A stretch of 63,483 nucleotides of DNA from Syntrophales bacterium (lineage in GTDB: Bacteria > Desulfobacterota > Syntrophia > Syntrophales > UBA4778). Positions 1 through 11,067 of this stretch are shown one piece after another (positions within the stretch are counted from its first letter, which is position 1; every line of letters begins with the position of its first letter). The notes below the pieces were generated by a model that was not told where the DNA came from, did no database searches, and saw only the letters and a list, made by a program, of their open reading frames with translations. Where the stretch lies: NCBI GenBank assembly GCA_963665615.2, contig CAXXQE010000005.1:1-63483 (forward strand), given 5' to 3'. Made by a program: the position numbers and the translations under genes.

Positions 1-520
1 CCTCGGGATGAATCATAATATCCGCATCCCGGTCCCGGAGGTCCTCTGTGTAGCCCGTATAGGCAATGGCGTTTTTGTTGATGAAGCGGAACTTGCCGTC
101 CTGAACGATGAAAACCGCACCCATGGAGCTTTCTGCAAGAACCTGGTAGAGTGCTTCGGAACGTTTACGTTCGGTGATGTCATGAACAATGGAATGGAGG
201 AGTCTTTTCCCTTTTCGTGTCGATGGTGCCGCTGAAGACTTCCACGTCCCGGATCGATCCATCCGCCCGCCGATGGCGGAATTCAAAATGCGTCCGCTCT
301 TTGGTGCGGGCCATCTCTATCTCCTTCCTGACGTCTTCGGGAGGAAGCGTATTGATATCCTGGATCTTCATCTGCCTGATTTGTTCGTGCGACCATCCGT
401 AATACTTGACGGCGGCATCGTTCGCTTCGACGATCCTCCCAGGAATCCGGCTCGATGAGAAACTTGACTGCGGAATGATCCACAAAGACGCTCCTGTATC
501 TATCTTCGCTTTCCTTCAGT
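1..520 (-). pseudogene. Frameshifted continuation (PAS domains) of the 500..2599 sensor protein; runs off the window edge
   Basis: Removing three single extra bases (~529, ~441, ~213) gives AEEQLKESEDRYRSVFVDHSAVKFLIEPDSGRIVEANDAAVKYYGWS...GKRLLHSIVHDITERK, collinear with the PAS region of 2793..6014. Probably sequencing indels. Confidence 0.7.
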
Positions 521-2599
521 TGTTCTTCGCGCCTGCTTGCGGTCGGTGATGTCCAGTAACGTTCCTATGGCGGCGGGCATTCCCTTGTATATGGTGGCAG
601 AGCTCAATACTTCCACACGCCGGACACTTCGTTGTTTGGTCAGTATTCTGAATTCATAATGGACAGATTTGACGGCTCCGGATAATCTTTTTTGGAGGTT
701 TTCCTCCACCTGAAGCATGTCTTCCGGAAGGACGACATCTTTTGGCCCCAGCAAGTTCGTCATTTCGTCGATTTCGTATCCGAATATCCCGGCAAATGTC
801 GCGTTTACATACCGGAACAGGCCATCCTGGATCAGGTAGATTCCGACATTGGATTTTTCGGAGAGGTCCTTAAATTTTATTTCGGACTCCCGCAGCGCTT
901 CTTCCGCCTGTTTGCGATCCGTGATGTCCTCGGAAATGCCCAGAAGATATTCGGCTTCTCCCTTCTCGTTCAGGATAGGCAATTTCTTGGTATGCAGGAT
1001 GCGCTCTCCCTTGCCGGTCTGAATGCGTTCTTCCGGAATATCGATAAGTTTCCCGTTGCACAGGACGTCCCGGTCCTTTCCTGTAAAGAAGTCGGCCTGT
1101 TCTTTCGGAAAGAAATCGTAATCGTTCTTCCCCAGCAAGTTCTCCCGCGTCAACCCGATGAGTTCTTCGCCCGCCCGGTTGATCCGCACAAATCGAAGTT
1201 CCGCGGCATCCTTGATGAAGATCATGTCCGGTATATTCTCGATGATCGAATCCAGGAACATATTCATCCGGCGCAATTCTTCCTCTTGCTTCCTGCGCTC
1301 CGAGATATCGATGATGGCACCTCGGAGCCCCGCCGGTTTTCCGTCGCTGTATATGACGCTGGAAATGACAATCGCCGGAAAGACCGATCCGTCAATCCTC
1401 GTCAACACGTATTCCGTGCCGCTTACTTTCCTTCCTTTCAGGAGCATCTGCATGTTTCCAAGGGATTTGTCCCTGTCGGCAGGCGATAGCGTCCGCCATA
1501 CATTGAAACCTTTCTCCAAATCGCTTTCGCTGCCGCCGAAGAGCTCGTAGATGGCACTATTTGCGGCTATAATATTGCCTTCCAAATCCATCTCGTAGAC
1601 CGGGATGGGTAGGAAGTCGTAGAGCTCCCGGTATCTCTTTTCGCTTTTTCTAACGTTCTCTTGGGCCCGTAGGCGGTCTGATACATCGCGGGCGACGGAT
1701 ATGATGCCGACGATCCGGCCGTCGCGTTTCATAGGAGCTCCGCTGACTTCGCAGTTCTTTTCGGTGCCATCGGCGGCGACGGCCCGGTAAATTGTCTCCG
1801 GAATAGTTTCGCCTTTCAAAACCAAGCTGGCATCTTCCATGGCCCGCGCATAAGTTTCGTCTGAGAGAATATGGCTTAAACATGAGACGGGACGGCCGAT
1901 AAAATCCTGCGGTTTGTACCCCAGGATCTTTTCCACGCTTGGAGATACGCTCAGAATATTGAGGTCCGAATCGATCAAAAAGACCGTTTCCGATATATTC
2001 TCAAAACTCAGCCGATACAGGTCTTCCATAAGCTTAAGCTTCTGGTTGGCTTCCTCGAGGTCTGCCATCTTCTTTTCAAGCTTTTTGAAAAGGACCTCGT
2101 TGTACTGGCGGAAGTATTGCATCTCCTCGCCAAGAGGTATGGCCGTTGCTCGTTCGGGTACGCGTGCTTCATCCAGCACTTCGTTAATCAGGCCCATCAT
2201 GACATCCGGTTCCTGGGGTTTGACGATGAATCGATCTGCGCCAAGGTCAAGAGCAAACGCCTCATCTTTGGGGTCTGTATACGTGGCCGTGTAAAATAGA
2301 AGGGGAATGTGCCGGAGGCGCTCGTCAGCCTTCCATGCACGGCAGAGCGCATAACCGTCCATGACCGGCATCAGGATGTCCGTTACAATCAAGTCCGGCG
2401 GGTTGCGTCTAGCCTGGTCCAACGCCTCCTTGCCGTTCCCCGCCATCGTCACGGACAGGCCGTGGCCTTCAAGCAATGCTTTGAGTAGATAGAGATTGGT
2501 GCTATTGTCGTCAACAATAAGGATTTTTTGGGGGGGCGCTCTTCGCTCCGACCGTCTCTTGTGCGAATCTCCCTTTGACATCGGACATCCTCCTTTCAA
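500..2599 (-). CDS. Receiver (REC) + multiple PAS/PAC signalling protein, likely the N-terminal part of a hybrid kinase or cyclase
   Basis: KILIVDD...DLIVTDILMPVMDG receiver motif followed by four PAS/PAC units ending DVSDR/DISER/DITDRK. Confidence 0.9.
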   Translation of the reverse strand: MKGGCPMSKGDSHKRRSERRAPPQKILIVDDNSTNLYLLKALLEGHGLSVTMAGNGKEALDQARRNPPDLIVTDILMPVMDGYALCRAWKADERLRHIPLLFYTATYTDPKDEAFALDLGADRFIVKPQEPDVMMGLINEVLDEARVPERATAIPLGEEMQYFRQYNEVLFKKLEKKMADLEEANQKLKLMEDLYRLSFENISETVFLIDSDLNILSVSPSVEKILGYKPQDFIGRPVSCLSHILSDETYARAMEDASLVLKGETIPETIYRAVAADGTEKNCEVSGAPMKRDGRIVGIISVARDVSDRLRAQENVRKSEKRYRELYDFLPIPVYEMDLEGNIIAANSAIYELFGGSESDLEKGFNVWRTLSPADRDKSLGNMQMLLKGRKVSGTEYVLTRIDGSVFPAIVISSVIYSDGKPAGLRGAIIDISERRKQEEELRRMNMFLDSIIENIPDMIFIKDAAELRFVRINRAGEELIGLTRENLLGKNDYDFFPKEQADFFTGKDRDVLCNGKLIDIPEERIQTGKGERILHTKKLPILNEKGEAEYLLGISEDITDRKQAEEALRESEIKFKDLSEKSNVGIYLIQDGLFRYVNATFAGIFGYEIDEMTNLLGPKDVVLPEDMLQVEENLQKRLSGAVKSVHYEFRILTKQRSVRRVEVLSSATIYKGMPAAIGTLLDITDRKQARRTTEGKRR

Positions 2600-2792
2600 C
2601 CGGGGTAACGTGGGGAATGTCTATTCAACGAGTCATGGACAGGGTTATATCAATCTCAAATACTTTTTTACGATAAGCGTTCTCGCTGAATTCTGCAGTG
2701 GATATAAATCGGGCTGCCGTTTCATGACAATCAGTAAATGATAAAAACGAGTAGTTGGACAAAATCGGCACAATGATAAGAACAAACCCTTT

Positions 2793-5700
2793 CTATTCGG
2801 TCTCTGAGATGCGGTCTTTATTCCTGTCATGTTCGTCCTCGTCCAGGGCATCGCGAATGGTTCTGGCCAATACGCTTTTCTTTGTCGGTTTTATCATCAA
2901 TTTACTGATACCAATATCCGCAATTCTTTCCGTATCTCCTTTTTCCTGAAATCCCGAACAGAGCAGGACAGGTATGTCGGCACGGATATCTTTTACAGCC
3001 CGCGCAACGTCGAAACCGGTCAAATGCGGCATGGTCTTATCCGTAATCACCAAGTCAAAGGCGTTAGAGCCGTCCTTGAAAACTTGAATAGCCTTGACCG
3101 GGTCTGTTTCCGTCACCACGCGGTATCCCAGATTCTCCAGAACTTCCCTGTTTAGATCGACAATCATCTGCTCGTCATCAACAAACAGAATTGTTTCACC
3201 TTTCCCCGGCAGAACTGCTTCGACCAGGTCGCTTTGTTCTTCCGTCCGATGTTCCATCAGGGGCAGATAGACATTGAAACTTGTTCCATGACCTTCTTCG
3301 CTGTATACCCTGATCTCGCCACCGTGGTCCTTGACGATCCCATGCACGACGGCCAGCCCCAGGCCTGTACCCTCCCCTTTTTCCTTGGTCGTGAAATAGG
3401 GCTCGAAGATCCGCTCAAGGTTCCCCCGGGAAATGCCATGACCCGTATCCCGAACGGTCAACAACAAATAGCGGCCATGTTTGATCGGCGGGGTCTTCAA
3501 AAGATCGTCCTCGTCAATGACGACTTTATTTAATCCGATGTACAGGATGCCCCCTTTGTCCTTCATGGCATGACCGGCATTGGTGCATAGATTGACCAGC
3601 ACTTGGTGGAGCTGTGAGGGATCACCCAGGATGACATCGGAACGGGCGCTGATTTGCGGATTCATTTCGATGGTCGTGGGCAGCGAAGCTCGCATAAAAT
3701 GGACCACTTCGTCTACAATTTGCGCAAGGATGACGGGTTTCTTAACATGTTCCGTTTTACGGCTGAAGGTCAGGACCTGCCGGACAAGGTCCCTCGCCCG
3801 TTCGGCGGCCTTGAGCACTTGTTCCATGCCCTGATGCACCTTCGGTCGGTCGCGGACCGCATCCATATAAAATTCCGTATAGCCCATGATGCCGGTCAAA
3901 ATGTTGTTGAAATCATGCGCAATACCACCCGCCAGATTGCCGATGGCTTCCATCTTCTGAGCTTGGATAAGCTGGGATTGCAACCTTTCCCTCTCTTTCT
4001 GACTCCGGATGTGCTCGGTCATGTCCCTCCATGTCGCGTGAAGGAGTTTTCTGCCTTTCATCGGGATCACTGTTCGCGTCACGTCCAGATGTCGTTCAGA
4101 TCCGTCCATCCGTTTGAGGACCCACTCAAAACAGTGGGATCCTTCATTCATAGATATATCCAGCATCCGTTTCGCCTTAGCGGAGGACAGTTCGCCGTCC
4201 GGTTGCCTTTCCGGAGATATTTCGGCAAGGGTATGCTTGATCAGCATCGACTTGTCCGTAACTGCTGCAATCCTCAGGGCGGCTTCATTGCAGTCGATGT
4301 ATCGGTCGCCTTCAATAAGTAAATGGGCGTCGGAGGATTTTTCAAACAAAAGCCGGAAGACTTCCTCGCTTTCCCGCAAAGATTCCTCGGCGATCTTGCG
4401 TTTCGTGATATCGTGAATAATGGAGTGGAGGAGCGTTTTCCCTTTAATATCGATGGTACTGCTATATACTTCGACGTTCCGTATAGATCCATCCGCCCGC
4501 CGGTGGCGGAATTCAAAATACGTCTTTTCTTTGGTGAGGGCTTTTTCCATCTCCTTTTGGACTTCGTCAGAAGGCAGGATGTTGATCTCCTGAATCTTCA
4601 TCCGCTTGAGTTGTTCGGTCGACCATCCGTAATATTTCACGGCTGCATTGTTCGCTTCTACAATCCTTCCCGTATCCGGATCGATGATGAACTTGACGGC
4701 GGTGTGGTTTTCAAAGACGTTTCTGTATCGCTCCTCGCTTTCCCGCAGGGCCTCTTCCGCCAGTTTGCGGTCCTCTATATCCCGGATGCTCGATCTGTGG
4801 CCTATGTTGATCCCTTTGCAGTCGTAGATGGGCTGATAGGATGCCGTCACCCATTTTAAACTGCCGTCTTTGTGCCGGATGCGGAATTCAACGTCGTTTC
4901 CGCTTTCCTGCTGAAGTGCCAAAGAAAAATGGTAAGTAAATCTTTTAAGATGGTCTTCGTCGATCAGCGGAAGGGGAAAATCGTTCATGGCAAGACATTC
5001 TCCTACCGAGTATCCGGAGAAACGACATACCGCAGAATTCACCCAGATAAGCTTTCCGTCGGTTCCAAACCAATTTTCCCAGTCATAGGTGTAATCGGCT
5101 ATTGCTCGGAATCGCTCTTCGCTCGCCTGCAGGGCCGCTTCGGCCTGTTTATGCGCCGTAACGTCTCGGGCGACGGATATCATGCCGATGATTTGGCCGT
5201 TACGCTTCACGGGGGAACTGCTTATCTCTCCCACCTTCTCGGTTCCGTCCCTGGCGATAAAGCGATAGAGTGTAGCGGGAATGGTTTCGCCCTTCAGGAT
5301 GTGGTCGGCGTCGGCTATCGCCTGCGAAAACGATTCGGGTGCAAAAATATTGCTCAGACTGGAAACGGAACGGCCGATGAACTCATGCGGTTTATAACCC
5401 AATATACGCTCCACGCTCGGGGACACATCTTGGACGTTGAGCTCCGTATCGATCATATAAACGACGTCCATGATATTCTCGAAACTCAGCCGGTAGCGCT
5501 CTTCCATGATAAACAGTTTCTGATTGGCTGTCTCCAGGTCCATCACCTTCTTTTCCAGTTTCTTGAAAAGGACTTCGTTGTGCTTTCGGAAGAATTCCAT
5601 CTCTTCCCCCAAGGGTTTGGCCGTCACTTGTCTCGGGATATATGTTTCGTCCAGCATTTCTTTTATCAGACCCATCAAGGCATCCGGTTCCTGTGGTTTG

Positions 5701-6014
5701 ACGACGAACCGGTCTGCGCCAAGTCCAAGAGCAAACGCCTCATCTTTGGGGTCTGTATACGTGGCCGTGTAAAAAAGAAGGGGAATGTGCCGGAGGCGCT
5801 CGTCGGCCTTCCACGAGCGGCAGAGCGCATAACCGTCCATGACCGGCATCAGGATGTCCGTCACAATCAAGTCCGGTGGGTTGAGTCGAGCCTGGTCCAA
5901 AGCCTCCAGGCCATTTCTTGTTACCTCGACGGCCAAACCGTATCCCTTCAGCAGGGTTTCCAGCATGTAAAGATTTTGATCGTTGTCATCGACGATTAAG
6001 ACTTTTTTGATCAT
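2793..6014 (-). CDS. Hybrid sensor histidine kinase (REC-4xPAS-HisKA-HATPase-REC)
   Basis: N-terminal REC, PAS repeats, H-box GIAHDFNNIL, N-box NLCTNA, DTGHG, GTGLGL, C-terminal ILFVDDE receiver. Confidence 0.95.
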   Translation of the reverse strand: MIKKVLIVDDNDQNLYMLETLLKGYGLAVEVTRNGLEALDQARLNPPDLIVTDILMPVMDGYALCRSWKADERLRHIPLLFYTATYTDPKDEAFALGLGADRFVVKPQEPDALMGLIKEMLDETYIPRQVTAKPLGEEMEFFRKHNEVLFKKLEKKVMDLETANQKLFIMEERYRLSFENIMDVVYMIDTELNVQDVSPSVERILGYKPHEFIGRSVSSLSNIFAPESFSQAIADADHILKGETIPATLYRFIARDGTEKVGEISSSPVKRNGQIIGMISVARDVTAHKQAEAALQASEERFRAIADYTYDWENWFGTDGKLIWVNSAVCRFSGYSVGECLAMNDFPLPLIDEDHLKRFTYHFSLALQQESGNDVEFRIRHKDGSLKWVTASYQPIYDCKGINIGHRSSIRDIEDRKLAEEALRESEERYRNVFENHTAVKFIIDPDTGRIVEANNAAVKYYGWSTEQLKRMKIQEINILPSDEVQKEMEKALTKEKTYFEFRHRRADGSIRNVEVYSSTIDIKGKTLLHSIIHDITKRKIAEESLRESEEVFRLLFEKSSDAHLLIEGDRYIDCNEAALRIAAVTDKSMLIKHTLAEISPERQPDGELSSAKAKRMLDISMNEGSHCFEWVLKRMDGSERHLDVTRTVIPMKGRKLLHATWRDMTEHIRSQKERERLQSQLIQAQKMEAIGNLAGGIAHDFNNILTGIMGYTEFYMDAVRDRPKVHQGMEQVLKAAERARDLVRQVLTFSRKTEHVKKPVILAQIVDEVVHFMRASLPTTIEMNPQISARSDVILGDPSQLHQVLVNLCTNAGHAMKDKGGILYIGLNKVVIDEDDLLKTPPIKHGRYLLLTVRDTGHGISRGNLERIFEPYFTTKEKGEGTGLGLAVVHGIVKDHGGEIRVYSEEGHGTSFNVYLPLMEHRTEEQSDLVEAVLPGKGETILFVDDEQMIVDLNREVLENLGYRVVTETDPVKAIQVFKDGSNAFDLVITDKTMPHLTGFDVARAVKDIRADIPVLLCSGFQEKGDTERIADIGISKLMIKPTKKSVLARTIRDALDEDEHDRNKDRISETE

Positions 6015-6232
6015 AAATTGTCTCCCCAGCTATCCCTTTCGGCCAGATAGTCTTCGACTTCGACGAGAAGAGTGTCCGGATGGATCAGGACGGGTTCAAG
6101 AATTACCGCTGCGTCTATGCCAGATTGGTTGTCTGCTGCCTCAAAGACGTCATATCCGCCGCACTCTAGAATGAAATGGACCAGATAGAGATTCCGTTCT
6201 TGGTCCTCGATGACCTGGATTCTTCCTCTCAT
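6011..6232 (-). pseudogene. Truncated single-domain response regulator
   Basis: IEDQERNLYLVHFILE...YDVFEA matches the N-terminal half of 10678..11067; the C-terminal half is missing. Confidence 0.75.
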
Positions 6233-7425
6233 GCATCTTTCCTTATTTTTGGAAGAGAAAAATAGAAGGTGCTCCCGAAACCCAAGACACTTGTTACTCG
6301 GATTTTACCTCCCATCAGCTCCGCAAGCCCCTTGCAAACGGATAGACCAAGGCCAGTACCTTCATATTTCCGGGTTATTCCTGAATCGATTTGCTGGAAG
6401 GGCTTGAAAAGAATCTCCATGTCTTCTGCCCTGATACCGATACCTGTATCACTAACACGGATCGTGTCCCAGTCTTCTTCCTCTTCTCCGACGATCTCGA
6501 CAAACCCTTTTTCGGTAAACTTGATGGCGTTGCCAACAAGGTTTATGAGGATCTGTTCGATCCGCCGGTGGTCTCCGGTCATGGTTTCGATTCCGGGTGC
6601 CAGGGACCATGTGATCGAGAGACCTTTTTTCTCGGCCATAGGGTGGGCGCTTTCCACCACTCTCTTCATCGTAGCGCGCAGATCGAACTGTTCTTGAGCG
6701 ATCTGCAACTGGCCGGCTTCAATTTTGGATATGTCAAGGACGTCGTTGATTAGGGAAAGCAAATGTCGAGCACTATCGCGTACAATGCCGAGCTGCTTTT
6801 TCTGTTCGTCGTTCAACGGTCCGATGAGTCCCTGGAGGATAATGCTCGTGAAGCCTATGATCGAATTTAGGGGGGTCCTGAGCTCATGGGACATAGTTGC
6901 CAGGAAAGCCGACTTGATCCTGTCTGCCTCCACGGCCCGTTCCTTGGCCTCGGCAAGCTCTTGAAGGGTATTTCGCAGCCGATCTTCCGCGATCTTGCGA
7001 TCCGTAATATCGTTGCCCACTGATAGAATTTCGATAATCTGACCGTTGTTGTCCGTAATTGGTCTGTTCGTCCATGAAATCCATACCGTGTCTCCATTTT
7101 TCGTTATGTTTTCATTCTCGTTATGGACGTAGGCGCCAGGATTTGCAACAATGTCATCAGTAAGATTTGATAGATCACGACCGGACGACTCCTTTGCCGG
7201 GACGATAGTTCCTATAATGCTTTTCCCGATAATTTCCTCGTCGGAGTAACCGAAGAAATGTTGAGCATATTTATTGATGAACGTGATATCACCTGATCTG
7301 TTAAAGCGGAGAATGATGCTGTTCACATTCTCTACGAGATCACGGTAAGTTGCTTCACTCAAGCCCGGCCAATTTTCGATATTATTGTGTCCTAGGATGG
7401 ATTCATTAGGTCCTTTTTTCCCCAT
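6229..7425 (-). CDS. PAS-HisKA-HATPase sensor kinase
   Basis: KSAFLATMSHELRTPLNSIIG H-box, NLVGNA, DTGIG, GTGLGL. Start likely ATG 7425 (GGGAGA RBS); the upstream part of the called ORF is MASE1 debris. Confidence 0.9.
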   Translation of the reverse strand: MGKKGPNESILGHNNIENWPGLSEATYRDLVENVNSIILRFNRSGDITFINKYAQHFFGYSDEEIIGKSIIGTIVPAKESSGRDLSNLTDDIVANPGAYVHNENENITKNGDTVWISWTNRPITDNNGQIIEILSVGNDITDRKIAEDRLRNTLQELAEAKERAVEADRIKSAFLATMSHELRTPLNSIIGFTSIILQGLIGPLNDEQKKQLGIVRDSARHLLSLINDVLDISKIEAGQLQIAQEQFDLRATMKRVVESAHPMAEKKGLSITWSLAPGIETMTGDHRRIEQILINLVGNAIKFTEKGFVEIVGEEEEDWDTIRVSDTGIGIRAEDMEILFKPFQQIDSGITRKYEGTGLGLSVCKGLAELMGGKIRVTSVLGFGSTFYFSLPKIRKDA

Positions 7426-7448
7426 GTTGTGTCTCCCGAAGGTCGAAA

Positions 7449-8101
7449 CTAAAGGTCCATGTGTTTCGGCAACCCCACGTGAAGAGGCGCAAGAAACATG
7501 ACGAGGCCGCTGACAATCAACAGCATTATGGCCGATACGCTTTTCTTTCCCTTCCCTTTCAGAGGACCGTCCGCGTTGTGCGCAAAACATGCCGTTCGTA
7601 ACGAATGAGAGACGGCGTGAAGAACAAAACCCCCAGGAGATTTCCCCACCACCATGCGAACCAGGCCGTTGCCCACTGTGCCGATGGCAACAGCCTGGAG
7701 ATCATCAGGGGTTGGCTACCGATCATAGCGGTGATCGTCATGGGCAAGACCGCGCCGGCTAGAGCTATAATAACGACATCCCTGTGTTTATCCATCCGAC
7801 GTTCAAAACCGGCGCATCGCAATAACAGATGCATGCTGAACGGACCGAGGATATTGCCGATGGAAAGGCCCGATGAGGACCCCCACGTGGCGCTAGTATC
7901 CAGGTTGACAAGAAACGCCCACAGCCAGATACCCGATATAATGCTGTATCTCCCGACCGGCAATGAGGCCAAGGCGATGCCTGTCGGCGGCCGTATGAGC
8001 GTTATCTGACTGCCGGTGTTGGGTATCGATAACCCTTGATAACCGCCGAGGAAATACCCGGCAGCCACCACCAAAGGGCGATATCGGGGTGTTATGCTCA
8101 T
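7449..8101 (-). pseudogene. Frameshifted, truncated MASE1 membrane sensor domain (copy of the 8574..10577 N-terminus)
   Basis: MSITPRYRPLVVAAGYF... is near-identical to the intact gene, continues in another frame as MLLIVSGLVMFLAPLHVGLPKHMDL and then stops. Confidence 0.85.
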
Positions 8102-8201
8102 TATGAGCCCTCGTCCATGGTTTGAGGATTCGTTAGGTATCCATGTTGAACCGTTCTTCCATCTGCCTAATGGGTGTGACTATAATTGATTTTGGTTTAA
8201 C

Positions 8202-8577
8202 CTATTGCGATGTTGGGGCTTCCCGCCACGGTAAGAATTGCTGCAACTGAGTGATAAACGTTTCCGGATTGATCGGTTTCTCGATATAGTCGTTGCATCC
8301 GACGGCAAGGGACTTCTCGCGGTCGCCCTGCATAGCGTATGAAGTGACCGCGACAATGAGTATCGACGACAGGGCGGGATTCTTGCGGAGTTCCCGTGCC
8401 ACAGCATACCCGTCCATCAGAGGCAATTGTATGCCGAGCAGTATCAGCTCCGGCAGGATCGATTCCATTTCGTCCGTCATTAGCCTCGAACACATCGTAA
8501 TGATGTTTTTCCAAGATGAAACGGACCAAATAGAGGTTCTGTTCGTTGTCCTCGATATACAGAATCTTTTGTTTCAT
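8202..8577 (-). pseudogene. Response regulator pseudogene
   Basis: Copy of 10678..11067 with a ~14-nt internal deletion (frameshift) and loss of the phospho-acceptor Asp (LLDIQ to LLGIQ). Confidence 0.85.
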
Positions 8578-10577
8578 GACGGTGTCCTTTCCAGTGGAAG
8601 CGCAAAACAGAATGTGCTTCCCTTGCCTTGACTGCTTTCGACCCGCATGCTTCCTCCCATCAATTCTATCAGCCTCTTGCAGATGGAAAGCCCGAGCCCG
8701 GTCCCCTCATATTTCCGGCTTATCCCCGTGTCGACTTGATAAAACGGCTTAAACAAATGTTCCAACTGTTCCTGTTTGATCCCAATGCCGGTATCCGTCA
8801 CGCAGGTAAGACATCGACCGTTCTCAACGCCGCAGGAAACACGGATGTTTCCCCGTTCCGTGAATTTTACGGCATTACTGAGCAGATTCAGTAGCACCTG
8901 CTCCACTCGGCGAACGTCACTCGTAATGGTGGCCATGTTATCTTCGATTTCAACTAACAGTGAAAGTCCTTTCCTCTCGGCGAGCGGGCGGATGCTCTGG
9001 ACAACCTTATGAACCGATAACCGCATATCTAGCGGTTCGGCGGAGACTTTCAACTGGCCCGCCTCGATCTTCGAGATGTCCAGAATTTCGCTGATCAGCG
9101 ACAACAGGTGGTTGGCGCTGTTCTTGACCATGGTGAGCTGTTTGGCCTGTTCCTCGTTGATCGCTCCGCTCAAGCCCTGCAGGATAATGCCGGTAAAACC
9201 GATGATCGAGTTAAGCGGCGTGCGCAGTTCATGGGACATGGTCGCCAGAAAAGCGGATTTCAACCGGTCGGCCGATTCGGCTTGCTCCTTGGCTTTCATG
9301 AGTGCATGCAGCGATTCCTCGGCTTCGGTTATGTCCATGACCGTGCCGACCATGAGGATCGCCTTGCCGTTTTTGTCTCGTTCAATCGCCGCCCCGCGGG
9401 AAAGTTGCCAGCGAATATTTCCCTTACGGGTGACGACACGGTATTTTACCTCGTAATGTTCTCTTCGGCCTTCGCGGTAATCTTCTCCAACGGCAAGCAC
9501 ACGGTCGCGGTCCCCGGGATGGAGCGCTTCGAGCCAGGCATCGCGGGTCCGGGGTGTCAACGCCGCCAGGGAGGTTTCCAGCATCTCCGCCCATCGTTCA
9601 TTGACGATCATCCGATTGGTGCGAAGATCGACCTCCCAGTAACCCAGGTCGCCTCCCTTCAAGGCTAATTCCATGCGCTCCCTCCCAAGCCGCAGTTCCC
9701 GCTCATCATACCGGTGACTGGCGCTGATTGCGGCTACGAACAGACCGATGATCGTAAAACCGGCCAGATATTCCCAAAGCCTTATGAGATTGTCGCCTAT
9801 GTCGCCCCCGGTGAAAGGGCCGCTGCCCAGCGCCGTGCTCAGAATGGCCAGAACACCGACGACCAGAATGGCCAGGCTGGTAAACCAGATATCCCAAATG
9901 GCCGCTATCCAAATGAGGAACATGGCCGGCAAAAGGTCCATTTGTCTCGGCAATCCCAAGTGAAGAGGCATAAGAAATATGAGGAGGCCGCTGACGATCA
10001 ACAGCATCATGGCCAACAGGATTTCCCTTCCCGTCCGGAAATCCGTCCATGCCGCGCGCGCGGCATGGCGGTCAAAGCTGATAAGGGGCGGCGTGAAGAG
10101 CAAAACCCCCAGGAGATCCCCCCACCACCATGCGGACCAGGCCGTTGCCCACTGCGCCGAGGGCAACAGTCTGGAGATCATCAGGGTCAGGCTGCCGATC
10201 ATGGCGGTGATTGTCATGGGCAAGACGGCGCCGGCGAGAACAAAAATAACGACATCCCTGTGTTTATCCATCCGGCGTTCAAAACCGGCCCGCTGCAACA
10301 ACAGACAGGCTGCGAACGGACCGAGGGTGTTGCCGATGGAAATGCCCAACGATGGCACCCACGAGGCGCCTGTGGCCAGGTTGACGAGAAAAGCCCCCAA
10401 CCAGATGCCTGGTATGATTCTGTATCCCCAGAGCAGCAGCGCGGCCAGGGCGATGCCGGTCGGCGGCCATATGAGCGTTATCTGACTGCCGATGTAGGGT
10501 ATCGACAACCCCAGATAACCGCCGACGAAATACCCGGCAGCCACCACCAAAGGGCGATATCGGGGCGTTATGCTCAT
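8574..10577 (-). CDS. MASE1-PAS-HisKA-HATPase sensor kinase
   Basis: Multi-TM MASE1 (IWPPTGIA, WWWGDLLG), PAS/PAC, SHELRTPL H-box, ATPase boxes. Confidence 0.93.
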   Translation of the reverse strand: MSITPRYRPLVVAAGYFVGGYLGLSIPYIGSQITLIWPPTGIALAALLLWGYRIIPGIWLGAFLVNLATGASWVPSLGISIGNTLGPFAACLLLQRAGFERRMDKHRDVVIFVLAGAVLPMTITAMIGSLTLMISRLLPSAQWATAWSAWWWGDLLGVLLFTPPLISFDRHAARAAWTDFRTGREILLAMMLLIVSGLLIFLMPLHLGLPRQMDLLPAMFLIWIAAIWDIWFTSLAILVVGVLAILSTALGSGPFTGGDIGDNLIRLWEYLAGFTIIGLFVAAISASHRYDERELRLGRERMELALKGGDLGYWEVDLRTNRMIVNERWAEMLETSLAALTPRTRDAWLEALHPGDRDRVLAVGEDYREGRREHYEVKYRVVTRKGNIRWQLSRGAAIERDKNGKAILMVGTVMDITEAEESLHALMKAKEQAESADRLKSAFLATMSHELRTPLNSIIGFTGIILQGLSGAINEEQAKQLTMVKNSANHLLSLISEILDISKIEAGQLKVSAEPLDMRLSVHKVVQSIRPLAERKGLSLLVEIEDNMATITSDVRRVEQVLLNLLSNAVKFTERGNIRVSCGVENGRCLTCVTDTGIGIKQEQLEHLFKPFYQVDTGISRKYEGTGLGLSICKRLIELMGGSMRVESSQGKGSTFCFALPLERTPS

Positions 10578-10677
10578 CGTGAGCCCTCGTCCATGGCTTG
10601 AGGATTCGTTAGGTATCCATGTTGAACCGTTTTCCCATCCGTTTTACGGGTGTGTCGATGACGGCTTTTGATTGAAC

Positions 10678-11067
10678 CTATTGCGATGTCGGGGTTTCCC
10701 GGCACGGCAGAAATTGCCGCAACTGGGCGATAAAGGTTTCCGGATTGATCGGCTTTTCGATATAGCCGTTGCATCCGGCGGCGAGGGCCTTCTCGCGGTC
10801 GCCCTGCATGGCGTATGAGGTGACCGCGACAATGGGGAGCAACGACAGGTCGGGGTTCTTGCGGAGTTCCCGCGCCACGGCGTATCCATCCATCTCAGGC
10901 AATTGGATGTCGAGCAGTATCAGCTCCGGCCGCACCGACGCAGCAAGAGCGATCCCCTCCCGTCCGTCATGCGCCTCATACACATCGTAGTGATGCTTTC
11001 CCAAGATGAAACGAACCAGATAAAGGTTTTGTTCGTTATCCTCGATATACAGGATTTTCTGTTTCAT
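10678..11067 (-). CDS. Single-domain response regulator (DivK/CheY-like)
   Basis: ILYIEDN...LILLDIQLPEMDG...AVTSYAM...YIEKP. Confidence 0.95.
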   Translation of the reverse strand: MKQKILYIEDNEQNLYLVRFILGKHHYDVYEAHDGREGIALAASVRPELILLDIQLPEMDGYAVARELRKNPDLSLLPIVAVTSYAMQGDREKALAAGCNGYIEKPINPETFIAQLRQFLPCRETPTSQ

